The notes beneath the pieces are model-generated. The model made no database searches. It was not told the origin of the DNA and was given only the letters and a program-made list of their open reading frames with translations. A stretch of DNA of 64,000 nucleotides from Deltaproteobacteria bacterium (GTDB lineage Bacteria > Myxococcota_A > UBA9160 > SMWR01), in contig JAQBHB010000018.1 of assembly GCA_032128115.1 (NCBI GenBank), positions 1 through 64,000 on the forward strand, given 5' to 3'. Below are positions 11,053 to 20,564 of the stretch, one piece after another (the stretch's first letter is position 1; the number at the start of each line of letters is the position of its first letter). Made by a program: the position numbers and the translations under genes.

Positions 11053-11430
11053 CTAGTCGCCCTTCAGCAGGCCCTGAGCCACGGCGAGCACCTGGTTCGC
11101 CTTGATGGGCTTGGTCAGATACTCATTCGCGCCCAGATCGAGTGCGCGCTGGCGGTCGGCGTTCGCGCCTTCGGTGGTGATCACCACGATGGGGAGGTGC
11201 GCGAGCGACTCCTCGCCGCGAATCATGCTGATGAGCTTCAGTCCGTCCATCACGGGCATGTTGATGTCGATGAGGACCAGATCGAACGAATCGCTGGTGA
11301 TCTTGCGCAGACCATCCATCCCGTCCTGCGCTTCCACGATCTCCACGTCTCTCAGGCGGCGCAGCGCGAAGACCAGGAGCTGCCGCATGGTCGGGCTGTC
11401 CTCGACGATGAGAATTCTCTGTTGAGCCAT
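11053..11430 (-). CDS. cheY: Single-domain response regulator (CheY-like)
   Basis: ILIVEDS, DINMP phosphoacceptor, TTE, YLTKP; last gene of che cluster. Confidence 0.88.
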   Translation of the reverse strand: MAQQRILIVEDSPTMRQLLVFALRRLRDVEIVEAQDGMDGLRKITSDSFDLVLIDINMPVMDGLKLISMIRGEESLAHLPIVVITTEGANADRQRALDLGANEYLTKPIKANQVLAVAQGLLKGD

Positions 11431-11470
11431 GATGCAACCCCTTGCGCGCCGGCCCCGCCGGACGCGCGCG

Positions 11471-12289
11471 TCACTTCGTGAGCAGGTCGATGAAGCCCTG
11501 AATCGTCGAGAGCTTGCGCTCGGACTGGGAATAGAGACGCGCCGCGAAGAGCGCGGTGGCCGCGTGTCCGCCCAGCATGGCGAATAGCTCGTGATCGAGG
11601 TCCGAAAAGGACTCCTTGTGTTCCAACAGTTTGTAGATTGCGACCGCCCCGATCGGCCGGCGTTCGATCAGGAACGGGATGCACACGATGGGCTGGTTCA
11701 GGTCGCCGGGGGTGGCCTGCTCCCAGCACTGGGCGTGACCCGCCGCCACCGCCTCGCCCAGAACGCCCGCGCCCAGGGCGCCGGGCGGAAACGCCGAAAC
11801 CGCAAGCCCCTCCGCGGCCACGGCCTTCAGCAATCCGGAGGTGTCGTCGAGCATGTAGACCGCGAAGATCTCGGCACCGACCAGGTTGATCACGATCTCC
11901 AGGATGATGTTGACGACCTCGCCCAACTCGAGCGTCGAGTGGAGCTGGTAGCTGGCAACGTAGAGGTTTGCCAGATTGTTGTTCTCCTCCTCGATCTCCA
12001 GGTATCGGTCCGCGAATATGCGATTCTCGCCCTCCACGTATTCCAGGCGCTCGCGAACGCTCGCGTACTCGCTCTCCAGGTTCTGGAGGCGCGCAACCAG
12101 TTCCTCGCGTCGCTTGTTCCAGTCTTCGGGCGTGCGCGCGGCGGCTTCCTGTTCTTCGTGGAAACGCAGCAGCTCCATCCGGAGCCGCTCGTTCTCCCGC
12201 ATCAGATCCTTGGCGAACTCCGCTCCCCGCTTGAACAGGCTGACGAACTCTTCCGCCCGCGAGAAAACGTCGGGGTTGTCTTCACTCAT
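11471..12289 (-). CDS. Coiled-coil plus GAF domain protein
   Basis: Heptad-rich N-half, NNNLANLYVASYQLHSTL, GAF-like C-half (CIPFLIERRPIGAVAI); ATG 12289 with GGAGG. Confidence 0.8.
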   Translation of the reverse strand: MSEDNPDVFSRAEEFVSLFKRGAEFAKDLMRENERLRMELLRFHEEQEAAARTPEDWNKRREELVARLQNLESEYASVRERLEYVEGENRIFADRYLEIEEENNNLANLYVASYQLHSTLELGEVVNIILEIVINLVGAEIFAVYMLDDTSGLLKAVAAEGLAVSAFPPGALGAGVLGEAVAAGHAQCWEQATPGDLNQPIVCIPFLIERRPIGAVAIYKLLEHKESFSDLDHELFAMLGGHAATALFAARLYSQSERKLSTIQGFIDLLTK

Positions 12290-12430
12290 CTCGGCAGCCT
12301 CCGCGAGACGGCGCACCATCCCGACCCTCTCGATCCCTCTGGATCCATCCGGATGTCCGCGGCGGGTCGCCGGACTCGATGGCCGCCACGGCCGAATTGC
12401 GCCGGCCGGGACTCTCCTCGTCGCAGGAGC

Positions 12431-13381
12431 TCATGCGCTACCCCGCTCCCGGGCAATGGCAAGCAGCGCCTCCGCCACGAAGTCGCGGGTATCCCGTACC
12501 CGCGCGTCGGCTCTCTTGGCGAAGTGCGCGCGCCCTTCCACCAGATCGGATTTCAACGCCTCCACCACGTTGCCGGCCTTCACGGCCGCGGCGAACTTCT
12601 CCGGGTTGTAGAGCACCACGTCGGACACGATGACCCGCGCCAGACGCTCGACCTGAGCCACCACGGCGGCCAGATCGCCGCCGGGAGCGGGGGGCGGCGG
12701 CGCCTGGACCAGAGGCGCGGCGACCGGGGGCGGCGGCGCCTGGACCCGAGGCGTGGCGACCGGGGGCGGCGGCGCCTGGAACGGAGCCGCGGCGACCGGG
12801 GGCGGCGCCTGGACCGGAGGCGCGGCCATCGTGAGAGGAGGGCCGGCAGGGAAACCCAGTCGCGCAAGGATCGGTCGCAGGGCATCCGGCAGATGGGGCC
12901 GCTCCACGTAGCCATCGGCGCCGTAGAGCTCGTTGGGATCGCGGCGGTAGCGATCCTCGTGGTGGATCGCTCCGATCAGGATCACCATGATGTGTCGAAG
13001 GCTCTCGTTGCGCTTCACCAGCTCGCAGACCTGGAAGCCGAACATCCTGGGCAGGGCCGCGTCGAGCACCACCACCTGGGGAAGCAACCGCTGGATGTTG
13101 AGAATCGCCTCGACCCCGTCGTGTACGAGGTTCGCCTGCATTCCCCAGGTAGCGAGGGCGCCGGCGAGCTGCTTGGCGGAATCCACGTCTGGATCCGCCA
13201 CCAGAACCGTGCACCGGGCCTGCGGCAGCGGGGATGCCGTCGGGTGAGCGGGTGCTGCCTCGGGCGGGAGCACCCGGAAAACCGCCGAGCAGCGCGAGCA
13301 GCGCACCCGCGCCCCATCCGGGCCCACTTTTTCTCTCTCGATGCGATAGCGCGCGGCACACCGCGGACACACTGCAATCAT
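12431..13381 (-). CDS. Zinc-ribbon (MJ0042-type) + receiver + Pro-rich linker + helical C-terminal domain protein
   Basis: CPRC..CSRC, VLVADPD..VVVLDAALP, QAPPPPV repeats; ATG 13381 with GGAGG. Confidence 0.8.
   Translation of the reverse strand: MIAVCPRCAARYRIEREKVGPDGARVRCSRCSAVFRVLPPEAAPAHPTASPLPQARCTVLVADPDVDSAKQLAGALATWGMQANLVHDGVEAILNIQRLLPQVVVLDAALPRMFGFQVCELVKRNESLRHIMVILIGAIHHEDRYRRDPNELYGADGYVERPHLPDALRPILARLGFPAGPPLTMAAPPVQAPPPVAAAPFQAPPPPVATPRVQAPPPPVAAPLVQAPPPPAPGGDLAAVVAQVERLARVIVSDVVLYNPEKFAAAVKAGNVVEALKSDLVEGRAHFAKRADARVRDTRDFVAEALLAIARERGSA
12690..12826. repeat. About 4 copies of a 36-nt coding tandem repeat (VQAPPPPVAAP-like)
   Basis: Units start near 12690, 12726, 12762 and 12798; last unit 3 nt shorter. 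Confidence 0.9.
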
Positions 13382-13412
13382 CGTCCTGTTCCTCCCCACC
13401 CACTCCTCACGG

Positions 13413-15986
13413 CTAGATCTTGAACCTCTGCACGTCCTGGCGGAGTGCCGCGGACTGCTTCAGCAGTCCCTTGGTTGCTCCATCCAGGCGCTGGGCACTC
13501 TCCTCGTTGGCGCGCGTGCGGGCCACGACGGACTTCAGGACCGTAACCGCTGCCGCGCTCGCCCGGGCCTGCTCCTGCAGGACCCGGTGGATGCGCTCTA
13601 CGGCATCCCGAGCCTCTTCCGATCGCTCGCGGATGATCCCGGAACCCCGCGCCTGCTCGTCCGTGGTGGCGCGCACCCGCTCCGCCACCTGCTGCATCGC
13701 CACGGAGCCGCGATAGACCACTTCGTTGCCCCGATCCTGCTCGGATGCGGCCCCGCGGATCTCCTCCACGCCGCCGCGGACCCGCTCCATCAGGCTCACC
13801 ACGTGGGCGGCCGCCTTGGACTGCTCTCGCACCGCCGTCACGATGGCCTCGATCCGGGCGCCGCTCTCCCGAGACGCGCGCGTAATCTCATCCAGACTCA
13901 CCCCCGCTTGGGCCGAGAGGTCGACACCGGAGGCGACACTGCGAGTACCGCGCTCGATGGCGCCGATGGCGTTGCTGCCCTCGGCCTGGACGGCGCGAAT
14001 GAGTCCTCCGATCTCCTTGGTGCTGGCGAGCACGCGGTCGGCCAGGTCCTTGATCTGGTCTGCCACCACGGAGAACGCGCGTCCGTGCTCCCCCGCCTGA
14101 GCCGCGATGATGGCCGCGTTGAGGGCCAGCAGGTTGGTCTCATCGGCCACATCGTCGATCACGTCCACGATGGCGCCGATCTCGTCAGTGCGGTTGCCCA
14201 GGTTGCGGATCACGCGCTCGGCGGTCTCTGTGGCCTCGCGAATCTCCTCCATTCCGGCGATGGTCTGCCGCACCTTCTCACGGCCGCTCTCCGCCCGATC
14301 CACCACCTGCTCGAACAGGCGCCCGGTTTCGTCGGCGGAGTCGTCCACTTCGCTCATGGAGGTCGCCATCTCGTCCATGCTGGTGGAGGTGGCCGCCGCC
14401 GCCTCGGCCAGGGCATCCACGCTCCCAGAGACCTGACGAACGCTCCGCACCATCTCCTCGATGGAACTGGAGACCTCCTCCACCTGACCCGTGAGCACGG
14501 TTGCCGTCTCGTTGAGCTCGTCGCCCGCCGCACCGAGTTCGAGGATCGAGCTACGCGACTCCTCCATGGCTCGATTGAGTTCGTGGCTGGATTCCGCGAT
14601 TCCCTGGACCTGGCCGCTGATGGATGCCACCGACGTACTCGCCCGCTCGAGTCCCTCCACCTGGGCGGCGGTCACCGCGCCCAGGCTCTCCGAAACCGAC
14701 GTCATCTCACCCGCGGTTGCCTCGACCCGGTCGGCTGCCTCGGCCACGCGACCCACGGTCGACCGCAGGGATGCCGCCATGGCCTGAAAGGAGCGCATCA
14801 GGTCGCCCAGCTCATCTTCGGACTCGTGGATCCGGCCCCGGCGCAGATCACCCGAGGCGAGTCGATCCACCTCCGCACGCAGGGCTCGGGCCATACGACC
14901 CAGATCGCTGGCCAGCAACACCGCCAGGGTCACCGCCATCGCCATGAACAGACCCAGCAACAAGACGATGCCAGTTCCGCTGCGCCAGGCCGCAGGGCTC
15001 AGCATGTTGGAAGGGGTGGTGGCGATCACCACCCGGTCTCCCTCGAGGCGGCGCCAGGCCAACACATGGTTCGGGTCGAGAGTGGTTGCCGAGCCGCCGG
15101 ATTCTCCCCGAGCGATCTCCTCGCGCAGCCGTGCGACCACGTTCGGCCCGAATGGGACCGAATCGGGCTCGGCCAGGTTGAATTGCCAGACCGTCACCGG
15201 ACCGCGGATCTCCGACGACGTGGACCGCGCACCCGAGGGGAGCCCGGCGTCATCCGCGCGCTCCTCCAAAACCCGCGCCAGCACATCTTCCTGCCAGCGG
15301 ACCGCGAGGCTTTCCAGCGAGCGCACGGCCTGGGCGTGTGCCAGGAGCAACGCGAAGACAGCGGGCGCGACCGTGAGCCCCAACGCCGACACCAGGAGCT
15401 TGCGCTTCACGGAGATCGGGCGGATCAGCGCGCGGCGCTCTTCCGGATCGGTGATCTCGGCGGCGAGGGCGTCGCGCACGGGCTCGGCCACGCGCTTGAC
15501 ACCGAAGTGCAGGATCGCGCCCGACCCGAAGCCCGCGACCGTTCCGGCCAGCAACACCACGGCGGACTCGAATACGCCCCAGCTGTCGAAGCTCAGGCTC
15601 ATGCCGAGCCCCACCAGCACCGCGGGCAGGAGCCAGCCCGCGCCGCCGAAGACGGCGGCCCGGCGCGGAATATCCATCACGGCGGCGAATGCCCGGCGAA
15701 CGACCCGGGGATCGTCAGTACCGGACACTCCCGCCTCGACGCCATCCGGCAGGAACGTGAGGACTGGCGCGACCAGGTGCCCCAGGGTCACGATCATGGC
15801 CGGGATCACCACCGCGGCCGACACGGCACTCAATTCCAGGAACAAGCGCCACTGGTCCGGCGTGAGCGACAGCAGCACGTACGGACAGCTGGCGCCGATC
15901 AGCGCCGCGGGAACGCACAGGGCGAGCCACCACTGGATCACGCGCAGCCGGAATACCGGCCCGGTCGGCATCACGGGCTCGTTCAC
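13413..15986 (-). CDS. Methyl-accepting chemotaxis protein (multi-TM, HAMP)
   Basis: IDDVADETNLLALNAAIIAAQAGEHGRAFSVVADQIKDLA hairpin tip, HAMP (EDELGDL); GTG overlaps cheW stop. Confidence 0.93.
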   Translation of the reverse strand: MNEPVMPTGPVFRLRVIQWWLALCVPAALIGASCPYVLLSLTPDQWRLFLELSAVSAAVVIPAMIVTLGHLVAPVLTFLPDGVEAGVSGTDDPRVVRRAFAAVMDIPRRAAVFGGAGWLLPAVLVGLGMSLSFDSWGVFESAVVLLAGTVAGFGSGAILHFGVKRVAEPVRDALAAEITDPEERRALIRPISVKRKLLVSALGLTVAPAVFALLLAHAQAVRSLESLAVRWQEDVLARVLEERADDAGLPSGARSTSSEIRGPVTVWQFNLAEPDSVPFGPNVVARLREEIARGESGGSATTLDPNHVLAWRRLEGDRVVIATTPSNMLSPAAWRSGTGIVLLLGLFMAMAVTLAVLLASDLGRMARALRAEVDRLASGDLRRGRIHESEDELGDLMRSFQAMAASLRSTVGRVAEAADRVEATAGEMTSVSESLGAVTAAQVEGLERASTSVASISGQVQGIAESSHELNRAMEESRSSILELGAAGDELNETATVLTGQVEEVSSSIEEMVRSVRQVSGSVDALAEAAAATSTSMDEMATSMSEVDDSADETGRLFEQVVDRAESGREKVRQTIAGMEEIREATETAERVIRNLGNRTDEIGAIVDVIDDVADETNLLALNAAIIAAQAGEHGRAFSVVADQIKDLADRVLASTKEIGGLIRAVQAEGSNAIGAIERGTRSVASGVDLSAQAGVSLDEITRASRESGARIEAIVTAVREQSKAAAHVVSLMERVRGGVEEIRGAASEQDRGNEVVYRGSVAMQQVAERVRATTDEQARGSGIIRERSEEARDAVERIHRVLQEQARASAAAVTVLKSVVARTRANEESAQRLDGATKGLLKQSAALRQDVQRFKI

Positions 15987-16480
15987 GATGTCGCCTCCGG
16001 CGCGTCCCGGCCCGACGCAACAACGCACCCGAGCAGGTGCCGCAGCGAGAGAACCAGGATCGGGTCGGATCCGGGCCGCCGCGCCACAAAGCGGGTCAGC
16101 GATCCCACCGCATGCGCGAGCTCCGGCGGGGCTTCCAGGGCAGACCCCTCCAGGGACACCACCTCGACGATGCCCTCCACGGCCAGACCCACCAGCATCC
16201 CGTCGCTCTCGGCGATGGCGATGCGAGAGCGCGGCCCGCCTTCCATGGGTGCGCCCCCCAGCACGCGCGCCAGGTCCACGACGGGCACGATCGTGCCGCG
16301 CAGGTCGATCACGCCCTCCACCAGCGGCGGCGCCTTTGGAAGTGGCGTCACCGGCTGCCAGCGAACCACTTCGCGAACCTGGCTGGCTTCGACCGCGTAC
16401 ACGTGCCCGGCCACCCGGAAGCACCCGAGGGTCACCCGATCGCACCCGGCGAAGGACGCTTCAGCGACCTGCATCGACAT
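15983..16480 (-). CDS. cheW: CheW adaptor
   Basis: VREVVR..PVTPLPKAP..VEGVIDLRGTIVPVVDL. Confidence 0.92.
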   Translation of the reverse strand: MSMQVAEASFAGCDRVTLGCFRVAGHVYAVEASQVREVVRWQPVTPLPKAPPLVEGVIDLRGTIVPVVDLARVLGGAPMEGGPRSRIAIAESDGMLVGLAVEGIVEVVSLEGSALEAPPELAHAVGSLTRFVARRPGSDPILVLSLRHLLGCVVASGRDAPEATS

Positions 16481-16997
16481 CCAGCACCCGTTCGAGATCG
16501 AGCATGGAAACGAAGCGATTGCCGTGTCTACACAATGAAGTCACGGCTCCCGCCTCGGGCCCGGATCCGGAATGGATCGCATCCTCGGGCACGCGCAGCA
16601 CCTCGGTCACCGCGTCCACCAGCAACCCCGATCGATTGCCCTCGGCGTCGTTCACGATCACGATCCGGCTCGACGATGTGGGCTCTTCGGGGGCGACACC
16701 CAGGCGCCGGCGCGCGTCGATCACCTGCACGATCTCTCCGCGCAGGGAGATCACGCCGCGCACGTCTGCAGACACCCGGGGAACCGGCGTGATCGGTCCG
16801 AGCCGCACGATCTCGCACACGCGCTCCACGGGCACCGCGTAGGGCGTTCCCTCGATCTGGAACACCAGCAGCGGCCGCAGCCGCTCGAGCTCCGTCACCG
16901 GATCGGGACGCTCCAGGGCCTCGCGCGCCAGCCGCTCCCAGCGGGGCCGCTCGGCAGCCTCGAAGCTCTCGCCAGCGTGACCGGGGATCTCGCTCAC
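16461..16997 (-). CDS. cheW: CheW adaptor
   Basis: YAVPVERVCEIVR..ITPVP..GVISLRGEIVQVID..GLLVDAV; GTG overlaps cheA stop. Confidence 0.92.
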   Translation of the reverse strand: MSEIPGHAGESFEAAERPRWERLAREALERPDPVTELERLRPLLVFQIEGTPYAVPVERVCEIVRLGPITPVPRVSADVRGVISLRGEIVQVIDARRRLGVAPEEPTSSSRIVIVNDAEGNRSGLLVDAVTEVLRVPEDAIHSGSGPEAGAVTSLCRHGNRFVSMLDLERVLDVDAGR

Positions 16998-19060
16998 GCC
17001 GCCTCCAGCCCGCGACCCGCGTCTTCCACCAGCGCGGCCACGTCGATCACCAGCACCGGGTTCCGGTCGCCCACCTCGGTGGCGCCGGCAATTCCACGGA
17101 TCGATTGCACGGGGCCCTGGATCGGCTTGATCACGGTGTCCCGCTGGCCGTCCAGGCGGTCCACCAGGAGCCCCAACCGGTGATCGCCGACTCCCACCAC
17201 CACCACGAACGATTTGGTGTCGCGATCGGTCACCGGAAGCCCGAGTTCGCTGGCCAGGCGTCGCAGCGGCAGGGCCTCGCCCCGCAGGTTCAGGAGCTCC
17301 CGGTCCTGACTGCGCTGGATCTCGCACGCGTCCACGAGCAGGATCTCCTGCACCGCGTTCAAGGGCACGGCGAAGCGCTGATCGTTCACAACCACCAGCA
17401 GCGACTGGATGATGGCCAGCGTGATCGGCATGGTCATGCTGAGCGCAGTTCCCTGGCCCGGCACCGAGCGCACGTCCACCACGCCTCCCAGGGCGGTCAC
17501 GTTGGTGCGCACCACGTCCATGCCCACGCCGCGCCCGCTGGTGTCGGTCACCTGGGAGCGCGTGGAGATGCCGGGCGCGAACATCAGGTCGAAAGTCTCC
17601 TGGGCGCCCAGCTTCGCACCGCGATCGACCAGGCCGAGCGCCTCGGCTCGGCTGCGCAGGGCGACGGCGTCGATTCCCGCGCCATCGTCGCGCACCCGGA
17701 TCACCACGTGATTCCCGCGCTGGAAGGCCTCGATCTCGATCAACCCTTCTGCGTCCTTCCCGGCGGAGAGGCGCACTTCGGGCGACTCGATGCCGTGGTC
17801 CATTGCATTGCGCACCACGTGCATGAGCGGGTCCACGAGATCTTCCGCGATCAGCTTGTCGAGCTCGGTGTCGCCGCCCCGCATCTCCAGTCGCACATCC
17901 CGGTTCAGGTTGCGCTTGAGGCCTCGCACCACCCGCGACAGCTTGTCGAAGACCTGGCTCAGCGGAACCATGCGCACGTCCAGGACGGCGGCCTGGAGCT
18001 CCTTGAGCTTCCGCTCCAGGGACTGGTGGGCCTTGGCGAAATCAGCCGCAATGCGCACCGTGGCGGGCTCTGCCCGTAGCGCGCCGATCAGATCGCCGAA
18101 GGTCCTCCGCCCGATCATCAGCTCGCCCACCAGGTTCATCAGTTCGTCGAGCTTCGCCACGTCCACCCGGACCGTGTCGCTGATGGACTTGAGCGAGGTG
18201 GTCACCACCAGTTCGCCCGCGTGTTGCACCGGGGCCACAGCCGCCAGGTCGGCATCCGACTCCGGATCCGTGCCCGATTCGGGCTTCGGGGTCGCCGGCT
18301 CGGGCCGCAGCACGCGCAACGCGCCGCCCGCCGATTTCACGTGAGCGGCCACCTGTTGAAGGGACAGAGGCGACGCGGACAGCAACGAGAAGCGGATCTG
18401 GGCCTCGGGCGATTTGCCCGGCGCCGGCAGCGTCGAGATCACCTCGCCGATGGATCGGATCGACTCGGTGAGATCCGTGAGCCCCTGCTCGAACGACATC
18501 AGGGAAAAACCCGCTTCCACCACGAAGAGCTGATACCCGCGGCGGAGGTTCTCGCGCAGGCGATGCTCCTCGTACTCGGTGAGCGCACGGATCAGCGCGG
18601 GAGAAAGACCCAGGCTCCCGAGCTCATCGGGCGAGGCCCCGCCGCCGGGAGCAACCGACGCAATCCGGGCCGACAGCTCCCTGATCCTGTCGCCTACGGC
18701 CGCCAGGTCTTCGGGGCTTCCCACCCGCGCAAGCAGTGCCGCGAATACGCCCACCGCCTCTTCGATCAGCTCGAGGCTGTCGCTGTCGAAGCGAACCCGG
18801 CCCAGGCGCAGGGCGTCCAGGAGGTCCTCCAGCTGGTGCGCCAGATATCGGATCGGATCGAATTCGAAAAGACCGGCCAGCGCCTTCAGGGAATGCGCCG
18901 AACGGAACAGGCGGTTGACGCCGTCCGGATCCACCTCGTCGCCGGCCGCCAGTTGCTCGCCGACACCGGCCAGATCGTCGCGCATGCGCTCGACGATCTC
19001 CTCGGCCTCAGAGACGAACTCGCGGTCCCTTCGGGTGGATCTCCGTCGTCGTTTGGCCAA
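16994..19060 (-). CDS. cheA: Chemotaxis histidine kinase CheA
   Basis: Hpt LFRSAHSLK, TVRVDVAKLDELMNLVGEL, HVVRNAMDHGIE, DDGAGID, SGRGVGMDVV, C-terminal CheW domain. Confidence 0.96.
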   Translation of the reverse strand: MAKRRRRSTRRDREFVSEAEEIVERMRDDLAGVGEQLAAGDEVDPDGVNRLFRSAHSLKALAGLFEFDPIRYLAHQLEDLLDALRLGRVRFDSDSLELIEEAVGVFAALLARVGSPEDLAAVGDRIRELSARIASVAPGGGASPDELGSLGLSPALIRALTEYEEHRLRENLRRGYQLFVVEAGFSLMSFEQGLTDLTESIRSIGEVISTLPAPGKSPEAQIRFSLLSASPLSLQQVAAHVKSAGGALRVLRPEPATPKPESGTDPESDADLAAVAPVQHAGELVVTTSLKSISDTVRVDVAKLDELMNLVGELMIGRRTFGDLIGALRAEPATVRIAADFAKAHQSLERKLKELQAAVLDVRMVPLSQVFDKLSRVVRGLKRNLNRDVRLEMRGGDTELDKLIAEDLVDPLMHVVRNAMDHGIESPEVRLSAGKDAEGLIEIEAFQRGNHVVIRVRDDGAGIDAVALRSRAEALGLVDRGAKLGAQETFDLMFAPGISTRSQVTDTSGRGVGMDVVRTNVTALGGVVDVRSVPGQGTALSMTMPITLAIIQSLLVVVNDQRFAVPLNAVQEILLVDACEIQRSQDRELLNLRGEALPLRRLASELGLPVTDRDTKSFVVVVGVGDHRLGLLVDRLDGQRDTVIKPIQGPVQSIRGIAGATEVGDRNPVLVIDVAALVEDAGRGLEAA

Positions 19061-19066
19061 GGTGCA

Positions 19067-19245
19067 CTACTCCGCGTCGGCGCCCGGGCCCAGACCCTTC
19101 TCGCGATCGCGATGCGAGCTTTCGGTCGAGACGATCACCAGCGGGATCGTCCGGTAGGCCAGGTTTTTCTTCACGAACGCCACCAGCTCGAGGCCAGCAT
19201 GGACCGCATCGTCGCGGAGTCCTCCACGATCAGGATTCGGTGCAC
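19067..19245 (-). pseudogene. cheY-like receiver remnant with two deletions
   Basis: GTG 19245 (SD GGAGG) gives MHRILIVEDSATMRSMLA, which joins out of frame to GLELVAFVKKNLAYRTIPLVIVSTESSHRDREKGLGPGADAE*; phosphoacceptor Asp region and KP motif are absent. Confidence 0.85.
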
Positions 19246-19400
19246 GCTCCCCTCCCAAGGGCCGGACGGAATCGGATTCCCGGCCTTCTGATCCTATCGG
19301 TCGCTGGAACGCTTTCTTGAGGTGGACTGGGCACTTCCGGGCGTTTCCCGCGCATCGCTTCGGGCCCGCCCCGCGCGCCGCGCAGACGCCGCGCGGCGGG

Positions 19401-20435
19401 CTACGCGCCCCCGGCCCAGGGCTTCACGGCCTTGCGAAGCGCCTGGGAAGCCGCCTCGCGGCAGCTGACCCCCAGGGACTTCGAGGCCGGGCGCACGACC
19501 ACCCCCGCCACCCCGTCGCTGGCCTGTGGGGCCTCGCTGGCCTCTTCGTGCATGAGCAGGATCGGCATGCGAGGCGCCTGGGTGTGCAGGCGAGCCACCA
19601 GCTCACCCAGATCCCCTCCATCGGGCAGCTCCGGTGGAGTCGCCACCGCCAGCAGCACCAGCGGGATCTCGCCGCGCAACAGGTATTGCCGGATGCGTGC
19701 GACCCCCCCGTCCGCCCGCTGGAAGATGTGCACGCGCGCGAACAGGTCGCCCATCACCGTCTTGATCCACTCGAGAGCATCCAGGTCCGGGTCGATGGCG
19801 ATCAGGCTCGCGCAGCCAGGGGCCGGGGCCGTGTCTTGCTTCGGGTCGCTCTCCCCCGCGGAGATTTCGTCGGGCGTGCCGTCGTCGGAAACCTCCGAGC
19901 CCAGATCCTCGGATCCGGAGAACTCCAGGTCGTCCTCCGACTCGCGGCTGCCCTCGTCGGTCAGACGCGCGGCCTCCATGGCCAGATGCTGGATGTTGAT
20001 ACCGCCGGGCAGCAGGAAGTCCCGGTCCCGTTGCTCCATCTCCTCGCGCACGTCGAAGCTGAATTCTCCGGAGCGCCACGCGAACATGCGGATCACGGAC
20101 TCTTCCACGTGCTGCTGGCGAATTTCGAGCAGATGCTCGGCCGCGAGATCCGTGCTCTCGGTCAGCACCTCATCGAGGGAGCACGCGCGCTCGCGCGCCA
20201 GTTCGGCTGCGGCCTTGAACTCAGCCTCGCTCACATGGCCGCCCGCCGTCAGCAGCCCGCGCAGATCCTCGGCGCCGCCCTTGGCCCACGCGGAGCGCAC
20301 GAGTCCGTCGCGAAACACGATCCGGCCCTCGCCGACGTCGGTTCGTAGCAGGAGCATTCCGGACTTCCGGGCGAGACTCACAATCTGGAGGATGTCCCCG
20401 AGACCCAGGTCTTCGAGGCTTCCTACGAGACTCAT
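19401..20435 (-). CDS. DUF4388 domain protein with degenerate receiver-like C-terminus
   Basis: MSLVGSLEDLGLGDILQIVSLARKSGML..WRSGEFSF; acidic linker; LIAIDPD. Confidence 0.75.
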   Translation of the reverse strand: MSLVGSLEDLGLGDILQIVSLARKSGMLLLRTDVGEGRIVFRDGLVRSAWAKGGAEDLRGLLTAGGHVSEAEFKAAAELARERACSLDEVLTESTDLAAEHLLEIRQQHVEESVIRMFAWRSGEFSFDVREEMEQRDRDFLLPGGINIQHLAMEAARLTDEGSRESEDDLEFSGSEDLGSEVSDDGTPDEISAGESDPKQDTAPAPGCASLIAIDPDLDALEWIKTVMGDLFARVHIFQRADGGVARIRQYLLRGEIPLVLLAVATPPELPDGGDLGELVARLHTQAPRMPILLMHEEASEAPQASDGVAGVVVRPASKSLGVSCREAASQALRKAVKPWAGGA

Positions 20436-20564
20436 CCTGCTCTCCGCAGGGCCGCGGGCACCCCGATGGGGGTCGGCGGCTTCCCCTCCTACCCACGCTG
20501 CAAGAGCAGCGGCCGGCCCGGATTTCGGGCCGATAGGGAAAAGATCGGCGAGCGAGGAGTTTCC

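Noticed and set aside
13587..16538. Long plus-strand ORFs such as 13587-16538, 5177-7549 and 50528-52507
   Set aside because: Antisense shadows of well-supported minus-strand genes, expected at high GC; no recognisable motifs.
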